Shown one piece after another: positions 25,880 to 40,949 of a stretch of DNA of 64,000 bases. Origin of the DNA: Octopus sinensis (Eukaryota); assembly GCF_006345805.1 (NCBI RefSeq), contig NC_043003.1:82150001-82214000 (forward strand). Direction: 5' to 3'. Under the pieces are notes generated by a model. The model was not told the DNA's origin, searched no databases, and worked only from the letters and a program-made list of their open reading frames with translations. Position 1 is the stretch's first letter. Every line of letters starts with the position of its first letter. A program made the translations under genes and the position numbers.

Positions 25880-26737
25880 ACACACACACACACACACACC
25901 ACACACACACACATACGAATATATATACATATATGTGTGTGTGTCTAAATATATAGATATAAGTTTATATATATACACACACACATATTTACGTACATTA
26001 CACACACACACATCTATGTGTATGTTTACAGACACAAATGCATATATGTTTGCTATGTAAATATAATTTTTTTTGTGAGATGTGAGGTATTGGCCACGAC
26101 ATACAAGCAAATTTTCATCGTTTTCAAAAGATCCTTTAATGAGAATCAAATATGTTAATATTCATATTTTTCCCTATAGTTTTATTACAGTATTTCGAAC
26201 ACAGAGTACAACTGTAAAAGCAAGTGTAGAGATAAATTCTACATTTATTTAATAGCTCTTACACGTATTTCATTCAAAATTATATGTTATATAAGGTAGC
26301 TTTAAAAACACTTTGCTTAATTAAATTGTAAATTTTGGTCCAGAAACGGAAAAAATTGTTAAGAATGGTCATATAGTTTGCTTAAATTCAAACGAATTTT
26401 CTTTATCACAGTAAAGAGCGAAATGAGTAATTTTGTCCCCATAAAACAGTTACAAGTTTGAAACAGGACATATATGGTATCAGAATATGTTACAAATCTT
26501 TCCTAGATCGTATTACCTCTGTCTGACAGATATTGGATAGTTACCGTTTGTTTTCAAGGAAACTGGTCAAAGTAGCATATTCGTATACATAGGAGCTCAT
26601 ACGTATGGAAGTACTGAAGTATACTTCAAGCATTATCATATACACATACCTATACTTATATATATACAAGTATTTACATATACAAACATACATCATATAT
26701 GCGTTTACGTATCTCTCTATGTATTACACTATGTATT

Positions 26738-26798
<61 letters not shown>

Positions 26799-27719
26799 GT
26801 ATATATGCATTATGTATATATGTATACGTATATAAGTATGAATTTAAATACATGCGGTGATACACTCACACATACGTCCATCTGTATTAAGTGTATTTAC
26901 ATAAATACACAAATACAGATATATAGACACACGCGCGCACACACAAGGGTGAACATGCATACACATACCAATATGTAATTATATTGTTTATTGTAACAAA
27001 ACAGCGTTCAGATTATGCTAAATAACTGAGAACTGAGACCCAGCTAAACACACAAAGTGTTATGCAAACATGAAATATAATGCCAATGCTCTGCCTACAA
27101 TCCATTGCACCATCAAACAAATTAATATTGAAAATGTAGCTGATTGAAAAATACCAAACTTACATTCGATAGTGATACTAAATCTCATAAGCTTCAGAAA
27201 AAGCATTATAATAATTACTACTGCATAGAATAACCCGGAAATATGAAGACGACCACCGCAAATATAATTAGCAATGATAAAGTGAAAAATATATGTAGTA
27301 GCCAAAATTTTGTGTAATTTAACAAGCCAATAGAGATAAAAGCGCTGCTAAAAAATTTCCGTCTAACCTAAGAGTGAATCTAGATTCAGTTCTAAGACTG
27401 CTAATCATCAACATCGTCCAAAAATTGTAAGACTAATAAAGAGGAAGGCAAAAGAAGGATAGCTAATTCATATATCTTCCACGTGAAAACATCGTCTGTC
27501 AAAAGTTCTGGTAATACATTGATAAACAAAAGCAACAGAACAGTATGTTACGAGTGTAAGGTGCTAAACAGGCAAACGAGGAACCAAATTCAGCTTCACC
27601 AGAAATTAGAAAACTAGAAAGCAGAATACTATTTGAGTAAAAGCCATCTTTCTCAAAACCTATTGAGATTAAACTCTGAAAACAAATCGTGATATATAAA
27701 TACAATATTTCGAAGTAAT

Positions 27720-28100
27720 AAGGTGACATGCTTGGCAGAAACGTTAGCCCGCCCGGCGAAATGCTTAACAGTATTTCTTCTGCCACTACGTTCTGAGTTC
27801 AAATTCCGCCGAGGTCGACTTTGTCTTTCATCTTTTCGGGGTCGAGTAAATAAGAACCAGTTACGCACTGGGGTCGATATAATCGACTTAATCCGTTTGT
27901 CTGTCCTCTCTGTGTTTAGCCCCTTGTGGGTAGTAAAGAAATTGGCATTTCGTCTGTTTTTACCTTCTGAGTTCAAATCCGCCGAGGTCGACTTTGCCTT
28001 TCATACTTTCGGAGTCGATAAATCACATACCAGTGGCATACTAATCGAATGAACCGTTCCCTAAAGATATCGGGGCTTGTGCCTAGAGTAGAAAAGAATA
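27720..28100 (+). mobile_element. SINE family M dimer
   Basis: Full head + core + tail A, then a second unit lacking the A box (from ~27943) ending in tail B (GGGCTTGTGCCTAGAGTAGAAAAG). Confidence 0.88.
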
Positions 28101-29892
28101 TTTCGTATTTATATAGAAACGTTTTCATATTCAACAACTTTTATTGAATATGATTATACAAATTATTACACTGTCGCTAAAACTAAGGCATACATAGTTA
28201 GTGGGAGCAATCCGCCAAGAACAAATATCTGTATTTATCGTAATTACCATTCTAAAAGAAACACGAAAACAAAATAGAATAAATCAATCCGATAATAGCT
28301 GCCATGCAGAGAATACAATAAACAATGTAAATAAAAGTAAAAGAAACGAACTTATCCCATTCTGTTCATAAAACTCCGACAATAGTAATGACTAAATCTT
28401 GAACCAGAATGTTACCAAACACCAAGTTACCAAAAGCAGAAACAAGGAAAGTAACGGCATGCGAATATAATAGTAGCCGCTCGTATTCGAACGAAATATT
28501 AATTCTAAGTCTGTTAGAACTAGTAAACATTATAATAAAATGAATAAAGCGGCATGGGTTACTTTTTAAACGGGATGAAGTCAGAAGGCAACGGAAACAA
28601 CAGGATGCAAATGGGCACCACGTAAAAAGATAATGATGCAGCAGTGTTTTTGTTTTTTTTTAACTACGAGCTCTGATATATCACATAAAATACTGTGTCT
28701 GCCCTTTAAAAAGCTTAATGGGTACAAAATATACATCTTCCCTTATGTACCATGGTATGAAAATGTCCCTACACTTCAGTATTTAAGTAATTTAACACAG
28801 TTCTTATGTTCCTTTGTTGATACAATGTGTCCCAGATCCATTATATATTTAATACTTATTTACGTTTGTTACGCAATCGCTGGAGGTTTGATTTTGTAAT
28901 CTGTTTATAAGTTATTTCCTTACAAACCAGTTACTATTAATGAAATACGTGTAAGCGGCATCAAAGGAATACTAAATAAATAATATTCGTAATGGTTTGT
29001 ATATAATGAATATATGTGTATGAGAGAGTGCGTGTGTTTGTGTATGTTTGTGTTTGTATGTATCTTGCATCATTGCAAGTCTTCTCGAGATTTATATTCT
29101 TCATCATTCTTACACTTGCTGTCAAGAATAATTAAGCCGATTATTGCTCATGAGGAAGCATCTAAGGAAACGTTCGACATTATTTTGAAATCTATTATAT
29201 ATATAATATGAACAGTTTCGTGTTTTAATTACACTCATAAATTGAATTACAATTCATATTTACGGCAAAAGGTTGTTCAAAATTTAGTTTTTTTTTTCTA
29301 AACTAGCCCAGTATAAAATGTTCCTTACGATAATTGGTTGTTCAAATAATATGAAACAGCAAATCTAGTGTGTAGTAGATATAATTTCAAATAGTAGAAT
29401 GGTGTAATTATATCAAAGGTATGATGATGTATTTATCAATGTATCCCATTGTCTAGCATGTTAGATCCAGGTCAAACTCTCATTTCATTAAAATCCATAA
29501 AACAATAGGCTGTTGATCATACAAGACTGTAATAACGAGGACAGATCGTTTTGAGACATTAAGACTGATTTGAATTCCCGTACTTCATACTAAATACGAT
29601 GGATTCACTCACCATTTTCTACACTTGTGCTGCTGGTAATTTAAACCAAATATTTCGCTTGTCTTCAAATTTATAATCTCATTCATCCATAACGTCGATG
29701 TATATTTTGCTGAGAAATAGTCTATAACATTTGAGAAGATACTAGCAGTATAATTATGAATAATTATTTATGCGCATATGTGTGTGTGTGTCTGTGTCTC
29801 AGTTTGTATTTATGTATATGTATATATGTATATGCATATACTTATATACACATAAATGTGTCTATACATATATATATAATTATATGTTTAGG

Positions 29893-30010
<118 letters not shown>

Positions 30011-31516
30011 TGTATGTAAAAAAAATTTGTAAATTCTAAGATTTCAGCAAATCCTTCGTGTTGTAAAGAGCACCATTGCTTTCTTCAGCGGGAGGCTATT
30101 ACTGCGAACGGAAGCTGAATTTGTTTGCCGTAGTCTATTCATATATTCTACTTATAAAATAAATATGTCCACTATGTCAGTCTGTTGGATATGTATTTGG
30201 TCTATTCAGCAAGACGATTAATAAACTCTTCTTAGATGACATAGGAATATGCTGTATAGAAACTTTTACCATTTCAGAGTCGTTGTAGTTGTATTTTTAT
30301 TGTTTCTTTCCACGTCCGTGGGCAGTCAAGGCAATTTAGTGAACAAGTATGAAGAACGCTTGTATTTACAAGTGGGGAAAAATGTACTCAAGTTCAATGT
30401 GTATATTTATTTCAGAAGCTGGAGTTTACCATGTTATAACTCAGTAACTCCTTATCGATAATTCGCTTTCAAATGTGCTTTATACACTGCATAGCTAAAC
30501 TATTAACTGATTTTACTTTAGCACTGTCTGGCTTTGTGAATAAACACTAAAACATCACATCCTGTGAGTAACAAGTACTAACTTTTCCTTCTGTGCTATA
30601 TTTGAGTTCAGTTTTATCCGTTTATTAAATTCACATGAGCATGAAACACCGAATATTTCACTTTTAAGGATTAATAATCTCGGTCACTTGAACTAAAATT
30701 AAACTACATACATTCTTGTATCTCTATATATATAATCTTATATATAATCTTACTGGATTGCATTTTCTTATTTCTGTATCTTATATTTCCCGAGCAGATC
30801 ATACCAAATATTTCTTCATATCTTTTTATAGGCAGTGGTCATTTCTCGGCTACGTATAAAAGATTTGCTCATTTTCGATTAAAATACTAACTGGCATACT
30901 TACATACATAGATACACACACACACACACAAACATATATGCTCATATATATGCACTCACATTTATATATACACATATATACATACACACTCGCATATATA
31001 TATATATGTATATATATATACATATATATATATATATTTGTGTGTGTATGTGTGTGGTTGACGAGTGTATCTCTATATGTCAAAAGACAAAGGAACCTCT
31101 TAATAAACAGAAATCGATAAATGGCTGGCTGAAATTATTTCCTGGTTGATATAACTGACAAATTATTTTAGGGCGGTGACTCTGCCTTGTACTCCGTCGA
31201 GTGGAACATGTAAAACAAGGAAAATGCAACATGTTTTATGTTAAATATGCTATGTTCATCTCATAATCTTTCTGTGTTTATGATCATACTCCTCATCTTC
31301 AGCAGCAGATATGTCGAAAGAATTACTTCAACATTCTAACGTACAATGTAGGAGCCTCCACGAATTTGGTAGACTTGCAAGAAAAAAGCACACTATTTCC
31401 ATTAGTGTGCACACAAACATTATTTTAGAGAAAAAGTATGACAGTTGATGTAAGAAATTATAGAATATAACTGTAAAGGAGCAACCAGAATACTATGGTA
31501 GCATTGTTGCTAAAAG

Positions 31517-31552
31517 AAATCGAGCCTATTTCTAAAATCGAGCCTATTTCTA
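31517..31552. repeat. Perfect 18-bp tandem duplication
   Basis: AAATCGAGCCTATTTCTA x2. Confidence 0.9.
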
Positions 31553-31830
31553 TATAACTTAATTTTAAATCTGAAATCCTTGTTTCTCCCTGTGTTGATT
31601 TAATGGTACCTACTGAATACAAAAGTAAATATGATTATTATCAACCTCAAAATTATCTGATAAAATTTTAAAGAATCTTCTAAAGAGATTTTACTGCCTA
31701 GCTTCCAACTGGTTAGAGAGATGGCATTTACAGACACACGTTTCTGCAGTATCAAGGCGGCGTATAATGTAAGCACTTCCTTGTATAAAAATATTTTAAT
31801 ACGCATTATGTCAAATTATCATGGCTAATA

Positions 31831-32537
31831 TACAAGGGTGTACTCGAAAAGATCCGGTATTTTGAAATATTATTTTATTCACTTAGTTTTACATGTTTAG
31901 GATTTTATCACCTTCAAATTATTCTCTATTTGAATCAATGCATCAGTCCAGGTGCGTTTTCCACTATTCGAAGTAGTACTGAAACTCTTGCTATTTGAGG
32001 CCTTTTAACGCTTCCGTCGTTTTTTTTTCTTCTTTTCTTCCTCTCTTCCACATCTGCAAATTCCATAGCTCCAGCTTTCATCACCAGTGATGACCTTGGA
32101 AAAATGGTCCGAATCAACTTCCAATTGTTCTTTCGGTTTACGATACGCCTTCAGTCGTGACTACTTTTGATCTTCCATGAGTAAGCGAGGCAGAAATTTT
32201 TCAGCAACTCATTCCATTCGCAGTTCCTCGCTCAGAATTCGTTGGTAGGAGTTCCTGTCATATAAACAAGTTCGAAAAATGTTATGTGACGATCCTTCGC
32301 GATCAGTTTATGAATTTTCATGTTCGGGAAGTCGACCGTCGTCCTGAAGGAGGTTGCTCTTCAAGCGACAAGTGACCATTCCGAAAAATTGGAAATCACT
32401 CGTAAATTTCCTTGTATGGTGTTTGAAGCATGACAACTGTTTTGACCGCCATTTCCCCAGAATAAAACAGAATTCCACGGGACCACACTGTTTCTTCGCT
32501 TCAGCAATCGCAAAATCGACGAACAGGGGCGAAACGC
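31831..32537 (-). mobile_element. Internally deleted mariner transposon
   Basis: Minus-strand pieces: QCGPVEFCFILGK...TVVMLQTPYKE (N-terminus), KFLPRLL (WVPxxL equivalent), KVITGDESWSYG, then directly FADVEE...TTEALKG and FE*WKTHLD*CIDSNRE*FEG (C-terminus). TIR-like TA|CAAGGGTGTACTCGAAAAG at 31831. Confidence 0.85.
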
Positions 32538-32539
32538 TA

Positions 32540-33056
32540 CAATTGTTTCATACGAAGAACAGATTTATTTAAAGCTGCAAATATTGCAGCAAATACAGGT
32601 GTCCCGTATTCATCAGCCAAAACACATATGAGTTTTCCAAACATCCTAGGGGGTGAGGCTACACTCATGATGTATCGAAGAGAGTTCTATGAAAAGCAAA
32701 GTTAGATTTTAAGCAGACTTAAAATGTTTTCCAATGATGCACAGTTTTATAAAAGGTTTTTAAAAAGATTGTTAGCTTCACAGAAAAGATAAAACCATCC
32801 ATAATAATGCAGGTGTAATTTCCAGAGATATGAGGAGAGATTTTATTCACACTGTGCATCATTGGAAAGCATTTTAAGTCTGCTTACAATCTAACTTTGC
32901 TTTTCATAGAACTCTCTTCGATACTTCATGGGTGTAGCCTCACCCCCTAGGATGTTTGGAAAACTCATATATGGTTTGGCTGATGAATACAGGACACTTG
33001 TATTTGCTGCAATATTTGCAGCTTTAAATAAATCTGTTCTTCGTATGAAACAATTG
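32540..33056. mobile_element. Foldback/MITE-like element with ~206-bp inverted arms
   Basis: 32538-32745 and 32851-33058 are reverse complements (about 8 mismatches by eye) around a 105-bp spacer. Ends TA|CAATTG...CAATTG|TA. Confidence 0.88.
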
Positions 33057-33111
33057 TACTGAACAACTAATCCATTCTTGTTGCTTTTTTCTTGTGTATA
33101 TATATATATAT

Positions 33112-33141
33112 TTGCATAATAGTGGTTTTGTCTCTAATTTA

Positions 33142-33181
<40 letters not shown>

Positions 33182-33340
33182 GTATATATATGTATATATA
33201 TATGTATGTATATAATAATTATATGAGGGAATATTATTCCTAACTTACAGGGAAAAATTCAGTTGAGAAATGCTAAATCAAATTTCACAAAATATAATAT
33301 AATATAATGATATAATGCATACTGATTGTTAAAACGAATG
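33112..33340. mobile_element. Fragments related to the 51751-52140 pLTR family, in opposite orientations
   Basis: TTGCATAATAGTGGTTTTGTCTCTAAT (33112) matches 52023-52049. The reverse complement of 33225-33300 resembles 52060-52130 (TTTTTCCCTGTAA...ATTCCCT). Confidence 0.65.
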
Positions 33341-33786
33341 GAAGACAGATAGTTTACTTGCGGAGAATTAGGGGCGAGAGCAAAGAAACGAAAACAAAGC
33401 TAGCAAAGCGACATACAATGTGGCTTAGATCGGTAGACAAAGACGAACAGTCAACCAAAATACGGCCTTGTTGCCAAGGAGACGAGAAGAGTGGGTCACG
33501 CTTAGAAAATGTCTTGTAGGATGGAGGACAGAGAGACAGAGAATTGCGACTGTTCAACTACGGGACTAGTGTAAGGAAGGAAGGAAAAGGGGAACTGGTC
33601 ACAGGTCACGTAACAGCAGCAGGCAGAGGAGAAAGACAAGAGAGAGGAAGAGAGAGGAAAAGAGAAAGAAGGAAAGTGATGAAGACAAAGGAGAAAGACT
33701 AGGAATACAAGAGGGAGAGAGAGAATAGGAGAAAGTAAAATAGAAGTGAAAAGGTGATAGAAGGAAAAGGGGTAAGAATGAAGGCA

Positions 33787-33830
<44 letters not shown>

Positions 33831-36694
33831 GAGAGTCACATGGTTATATAAAAATCTTGTTAAAACAAATTCAGTATGTTCACTTTCAGTATTATGGAAG
33901 CAGTGCAGAAATAAATGGTCAACCGCTGATATAAATGTTTATATAATCTGCTCATGTGGGGCTGCAGAAATCTATCTGAAGTAGATATTACTGAAAATAT
34001 TAGCGTGCATCAATCATAGTCAACTATATTTGGGGAAAGAAATTCCATGTTTTCTGCATAAGAAATTCCTGAAATTCTGGGAAATTGCATTGAATTGATT
34101 TCCCCGTTTTGAGAAGATAACATCCGGATGACATTTGTTATTTAAATATTTTGTATTTTCCTTATTTATTCTGGAAAATATGTGATCAGGTATCGCTTTG
34201 AATGCAGATGTCTAACTTTTCTCCCCAATATTATATCTTTCATCTATGTCTTAGTGAAAATTACACAGACTCTCATTTCCACACTAATGTATACGTTTGG
34301 CTTTGGCTCCCACAAAAATTAGTTTCCGAAACAAAATAGTTTCATCTGGATATTAGTCATCTCAGAAACATAGTAGATTGCAGTAGCCATATAGTACAAT
34401 TGAGTGAGAGCGAACCGGTTACCTGAATTGGCGAAACAAACGTTTTAACGATACTCTTATGTATATCAAATTTGCATCACAGACGAAGGTTGAGAATTAT
34501 AGTCAGAAATTGATGTAAAAGAGAATTCACATTCTTTGAATGAGTCGTTGCCGATCTTCGAACCCTTGCAGAGAACAACGCCAATGTTCTAGCTGAATGT
34601 TGAAAATGCTAGTTTTTAATACATATCAAGTGGTATAGTATTGCCTCTTATGAGATTTTTTAGTGATATTTAGGTAATTAATCGGCGTTGTATTATTTAC
34701 GCTATTCTCTTGAGTATAATTCATGCCATTATATAGATACTTATCCATGCAAATATATATTAACAGCGTAGCATGAGCAGTACGATGCATTTTATGGATG
34801 CTTATCAACACAGCAACAATAAACGTAAACCTCAATAGCAGCATTTCATCGGAATTCTATTATATATTTGATGCCTACTATATATGTCTCAATCTCCTGT
34901 TCCATTGCATCTAATAATTTCACTATTGCCCCAATGATTAGAATTTCGATTTTAATATATAATATGAAATTATCAACTCTTATTTCATATCCATTCGTCT
35001 TAAATATTACAATAATTACTGAGATAATTTGTTTTCCTCGTGATATAATGTTTATCAAAATTTTATTCTCAATTCTGAAAGAATTTATCATTATAGAGAT
35101 ATGCGTTTGTTTATTTAGTGAATTCTTACTTTCTTTACACAGAAACTTCTTCCTATACTGACTCATTGATGCATCCATTTAGAGCAAAATTTGCTCGCCA
35201 ATTCCATTATATTTTAAAACATTTATCATTGAATTACTTCTTTCTTTCCTTTGTTCTAACGTTATTTTGGTATTCTAGCTTTTCCAAACTTGGCCTTTCT
35301 ACAAAACATCAGTCATATTTATACCTCATTTTATTTTTATTATGTGCACAGACGATTAAATGCTTTTAAATACAAACAAGCGGTGTCAAATATTATCATT
35401 GCAATCTTTATATACATACATACAGTTATACTGACAGACATACAGTGTTTGTATGTATGTGTAAGTTTGGTTTTGTATGTACTTATATTATGTGTGATGT
35501 GTTTGTATATATGTATTAGGCATAAATCCAAGAGCAACTGGTACTTCAATTTTGCATCATATTTTGGTTCTAGTATCAATCAAATTCACCACAGGTAGCT
35601 TAATGGGAAGACTGAACGGAAAGTTGCTCGATTAGCTATAACATCTATTTGATGGAATTAACGATGAAGTGACTGAGTATTCCACGGGTATTTCTACGCT
35701 TAATCTAATCCTTAAGTAGAATCTGCGTGGCTCTCTTTCATGAGTGAAGGCATTTTTAGTTACTGGTATAATCAATCCGAGGGATTTTTGCAGAGTCTCC
35801 GTCTCCGAATCGGAAAATTTTCTGTTTCTACCAACATGAATGAAAATGGTTATAAATGTTAAAGCCTCCATTATAAGTACTTTCCAGTATCATATTCTGA
35901 GATTTCAGTACAAAGTTTGCGAAAAACAAATTATTGCATACAAACACACATGTACATATGTACGGATGAGCTTAAGTTTGGACATCAACCCTATTCCCAT
36001 ATTTTGTTATCTTACTTGCGCATAAACCAACATCATACCACTCGCACCCTAGAACCAACCTTACTCTGAATGCAATATCTCCTTACGATGACGAGCAATG
36101 ACTCTGAAACTAGTCTCAGAAACTTGCTCAAAGCAGTGTAGATCAAATTCCAATCTAAACAGCCAACGGTCTTTTCCTTTCCCCCTTCCCGTTTGCCACA
36201 ATACATTCAAACAATAACTGACACATCCTGCACCTCCAGAAAGAGAGATATGCGACCATACATTTTTTATACCAGCCCCTCGGATGAACGCCAGAATTGT
36301 GTTTTTCAAAATTTCTTGTGTACAAATTGATTGGTAAAATAGGCTGAAATAGAACTGAAGCAAAATGTATTCTTTAAATAGTAATATACGCATCATCTGC
36401 CTTAGGGTTAGTGCGCGTGAGTGTGTGTTTGTGCGTGTGCATATGTGTGTGTGCATGTACGAACATAAATATAAACGACTCTGTTGCTCTACTCTTTATG
36501 CATGAAATAACACGCCCAAGACATATATATTTTTTTATTTTCTATTTCAAAATGAGACTGTGCATAAAATTTCTTTCGCTATAATAAAGCAGCACTTTCT
36601 ATAATTTCATCTTCCAAATTATTGGATTTTGATATCCTGTCCCCCAACTTTGACAATTATGCCAGCAGTCTAACGACTGAAACAAATAAAATAT

Positions 36695-36820
<126 letters not shown>

Positions 36821-37624
36821 GTACGACTTAACATACACACGCACAAATATTTGAGGATGGGTATAAGGTTTTTGACTGCAATCATATTCCATACCTGTAT
36901 ATACTAAATGAAAGAATGTTTTATAGTATATCCACTGTTATGTGAGGTGTTTCATAAGCTTATTTAAGATTTAAAGGTGAGAGAAGACCTCATATCGCAA
37001 CCCACTTATGTGTGTGTATCTGTACGTACGTGTGTGTGTGAGTGCGTGTGTGTATGGATATGTAATCTATCTCTTTGACTTTATGTAACTATGTTAGTGT
37101 GGGTGGAGTTATGTGTAATTCGTATTTAAACATGTGTGTAAGTGTAGACGAATGCAATGACTGTAATGATTATATCCTAGCTCTAGGATAAACATTGCAG
37201 TATTCGTCTATATAAATTGTATTCATAATGAGTCTTATTTGACTGGAGGAAGTAATTACAGAATGATTATCTATTAGTAATACCTGAATAATTACTTAAC
37301 ATTTCACTTTTGCTTTTACATAAGTGTTAGCTATATAAAGTACCTCCTTAATGCTTATATACGTAGTTTTCTAATACATCATCCATCGCAATTTTAACGA
37401 ACACGAGGTAAAGGACACAGGTATACACATTTATCAAGCACGTGTGTGAAAATCACGTTCTTGTTAGTTGTCCCAAAATTATTTTGCTGATCAAATTTTA
37501 CCTATTTGCTCTACTCACATTTCGTGTGTAAATAGGTATATCAATAGTGTGTTGTTGTTTTTAATATTCTTTCAATAATTTATACCGAGATGCAGGTCCT
37601 TCGGCTATTGGTTACGTTGCAGAA

Positions 37625-37735
37625 CAGTTTGCTGAACAGTTTGTGGCTACGATTCCCTTATCCGGTGGTGCATGTTGCTCTTAAGCAAAATACATCATTC
37701 TTACATTACTCCAGTCAACTCAGCTGCAAATAAGT
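37625..37735 (+). mobile_element. Old SINE fragment related to 60657-60890
   Basis: GCTCTTAAGCAAAATACATCATTCTTACATTACTCCAGTCAACTCAGCTGCAAAT resembles GTTCTTGAGCAAAACATATCATTTCACGTTGCTCCAGTCCACTCAGCTGGCAAAA. Confidence 0.55.
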
Positions 37736-38190
37736 TTCAGCGATCGCTAGGGAATTTTACCCTTCGACGGAGCGATTTCTAATTAAGAGTGGTAGTGTTG
37801 CAATGTTAATCAATTAAACGACAAGCAAGGTAGGTATAGCTCCAGAATGAGGGGTAGTGGGGCTTATCAGAAATTCAAGGAGTAGTTAGGATTATGAGAG
37901 AACTAAGACGAAGTTTACACTGCTTGTACTGAAAATCGTTACCTTCTAAATCTCTCTGAGAGATTTATACAGTAGCATATTTCTATTTTCGAAATCAGTG
38001 AATGTATTTCACTTGAAATCTATATCTTTTCAAAGGCGAATAAGCATTGACAGCTTGCAAGTCATGCTACTCAAGATTGATGATAAGCAATGACTTTGAA
38101 ACTAGTCTCTGAAAAGGTCGCAAGACCCAACGAAAATATGCTTCAACACACGAACTCACATAAAGAATCTTGCGAACTAAATCCACATGC

Positions 38191-38250
<60 letters not shown>

Positions 38251-38701
38251 TAGATAAATGGTACAACAAGGTACCAATATTTACTGGAAAATAGCAATCG
38301 ATATAAATACGACGCTATTGTATAGCTTCACTGCGTATATATAAGCAAAGGCGTGTGTGTGCAACAAACATGAAAAAAAAAATGTCTTACCTCTAGGGAA
38401 GAACATTCGATAAATGGACAACCTAGAATCGGATAATGCAGGACCGGTTTTTAATTCTTCAAATACATTTGACAACGTAAATTTGATTAGTCTTCATCAG
38501 CTGCATTTACATGGACAAAATTTCAAATGTTGCCACATCAATGCCAGTACACTCGACTGAACGCCAAAACGTTAACAGAACGAGAACAGTGAAGAAGTTT
38601 CAATGAAAATAATAATGCAATACAAATGTATTACTTTCCAGTAAAGGATAGCCCCATAAGGGTAAATTATACATATAAAAGTTGATAAATGGTACATACA
38701 T

Positions 38702-38737
<36 letters not shown>

Positions 38738-38747
38738 GAGCACACAC

Positions 38748-38791
<44 letters not shown>

Positions 38792-38855
38792 CACACTGAT
38801 AAAGAATTCGGTATTTAAATTCAAATGCATAGCAGAACTACGTTTTCACCTATTG

Positions 38856-38897
<42 letters not shown>

Positions 38898-39766
38898 TGT
38901 TTGTGTGGCTGTGTAGAATGTTAAATTCCTATAAGCTGTAACATAACGTGCATGGACACTGACATATCCATGCGATTACAATATACATAATCATATTAAT
39001 GTTTAACGGTTTTCACTCATAATAAATAAGAGCAAGAAATTATTTCTGCAGTTTTACGTTACTTTAGAAATCGTAAAAAATTGTAATTCATACCTATCTT
39101 TTATATTCTCTATTATAACTAAAAATCAAAAATTTTCTACGGCTTTTCAATATGAAAGCAGGTTGCATGTTAGAGAACATACATACTTGTTATTTTGTAA
39201 TACCAATATGTTGTCCCACACATTTATTTCGGTGCTTTGCTGGGGTTCATTTAGCTACGTATTCTATCTAAAAGCTTGATATCTATGGTTGCGTGCATTT
39301 TCGATATTTTGACTAATTAGATCCCATTTGAAAGAAAAGCATGCTGTATTTTGAAATATATTTTGTTGCTTTTGAGCTAAAAACTACGTGTAATGTACAG
39401 CTATAGTAAATGTAATATGAACCCAGAAAGAAATTAATTTTAATGGCAACATAGATATTCTCGATGTAGATAAAATAGAGTTATTGATTGGGCACGAGAA
39501 ATATTACCAAAACTGAGTTATTACAAGTCTTTTATAAGCAAATAGCAGATAATAAATCATAGAAATTTTTGCTGAAAGACTGAACAGTGAATTTAAACTA
39601 AAACTTATTTTCTGAGGACGAAGAAAGAGACGGCTGTACATAAACTACTTTTGTAAAACATGCCATATTTACTACTAAATAATATGTCAACGATTAACAT
39701 TCCAAAAGATTTGGATTGTATTCCTGATTATGTCTGTGTAATTGATATACTATTTGATAGACTTCA

Positions 39767-39832
<66 letters not shown>

Positions 39833-39951
39833 CTTAGTTTATGCAAATCAGTGTCAAGTGCGCTATCACATTTTCGAATAATCTTATGCATAAGCTATTT
39901 TAAAACGGTGTGCCTTGACTTCTGTTGCAGAAACATGCAACACAAAGATAG

Positions 39952-40170
39952 ACTCTTTTACTTGTTTCAGTCATTTGACTGCGGCCATACTGGAGCGCCG
40001 CCTTCAGTCGAGCGAATCGACCCCAGGACTTATTCATTGGAAGCCTACTACTTATTATATCGGTATGTTTTGCCGAACCACTAATTAACGTGGACATACT
40101 CACACCAGCATCGGCTGTCAACCATGTGGTTGGTAAGCAAGCTACTTACCACACAGCCACTCCTACGCCT
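39952..40170 (-). mobile_element. SINE family C with central deletion
   Basis: Tail (CTCTTTTACTTGTTTCAGTCATTTGACTG...CACCAGCATCGG) joined directly to the head (AACCATGTGGTTGGTAAGCAAGCTACTTACCACACAGCCACTCCTACGCCT). Confidence 0.87.
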
Positions 40171-40949
40171 ATGCACAATTCGAGATTAAAAGTCAACTCG
40201 TAACACAAAAACTTAGGCACCACTTTGCACTTGAGATCTATGGCCATGCACACAAACACACATATATTTCTGTGCATACATCGAAGCACACTTTTCTGTA
40301 TAAGTTAAGAGAAAATACATTCGAAACTAATGATTCTCTCCGTCGATCCTGAGAGCTTCTTGATGAGAGTGGCAATTATATGCATAAAATTCTTCGAAAG
40401 AATATATCTACGTATACATGCTTATAAAGATACCAACAATCATGCAGAAAGCGGCACATACACATAAATACATACATACACACGAATGTACACACAGAAA
40501 TTATGTTGGCCGCACCATATATTTCATGAACTGAACTATTTCATGTAACGAACCGACAATTTTCACAAGCCATGATGTGGAGAGTGTCCGCATATAAGAA
40601 TATTAAATATCTATTTTGAATAGTTTCATGTATATTTAGAGAATTCTCGGGAAAATATAATGGCGATTTCCGTCTAGGATGTGGTTATTTATTTGAAACT
40701 TAAACACACCGAAACGGGACATTAGTTTTCATAAACTTTCAAGGGAGCATTAATACGTTAAGTATTTCCAATTGTAGAAGAGTTCACGTTTTATTTAATT
40801 AATCAATAAATTCATTCATGTACCACGTTGCTACTCAATGTACTGTTGTGCAAATTAGAGTCGGCATACCAGCTGATCCCTCGTTTATATTTGATACAAA
40901 TATTTATAATCTATGAACTTCTGCAAACACAGTGAATAACGTAAATGCC

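Noticed and set aside
32975-33025. CTGATGA followed by a hairpin in the foldback arm, as a hammerhead
   Set aside because: No GAAA box after the stem and no stem I/III.
34846-35598. Overlapping 80-110 aa ORFs
   Set aside because: Low-complexity I/F/L/K composition typical of AT-rich non-coding DNA; no recognisable motifs.
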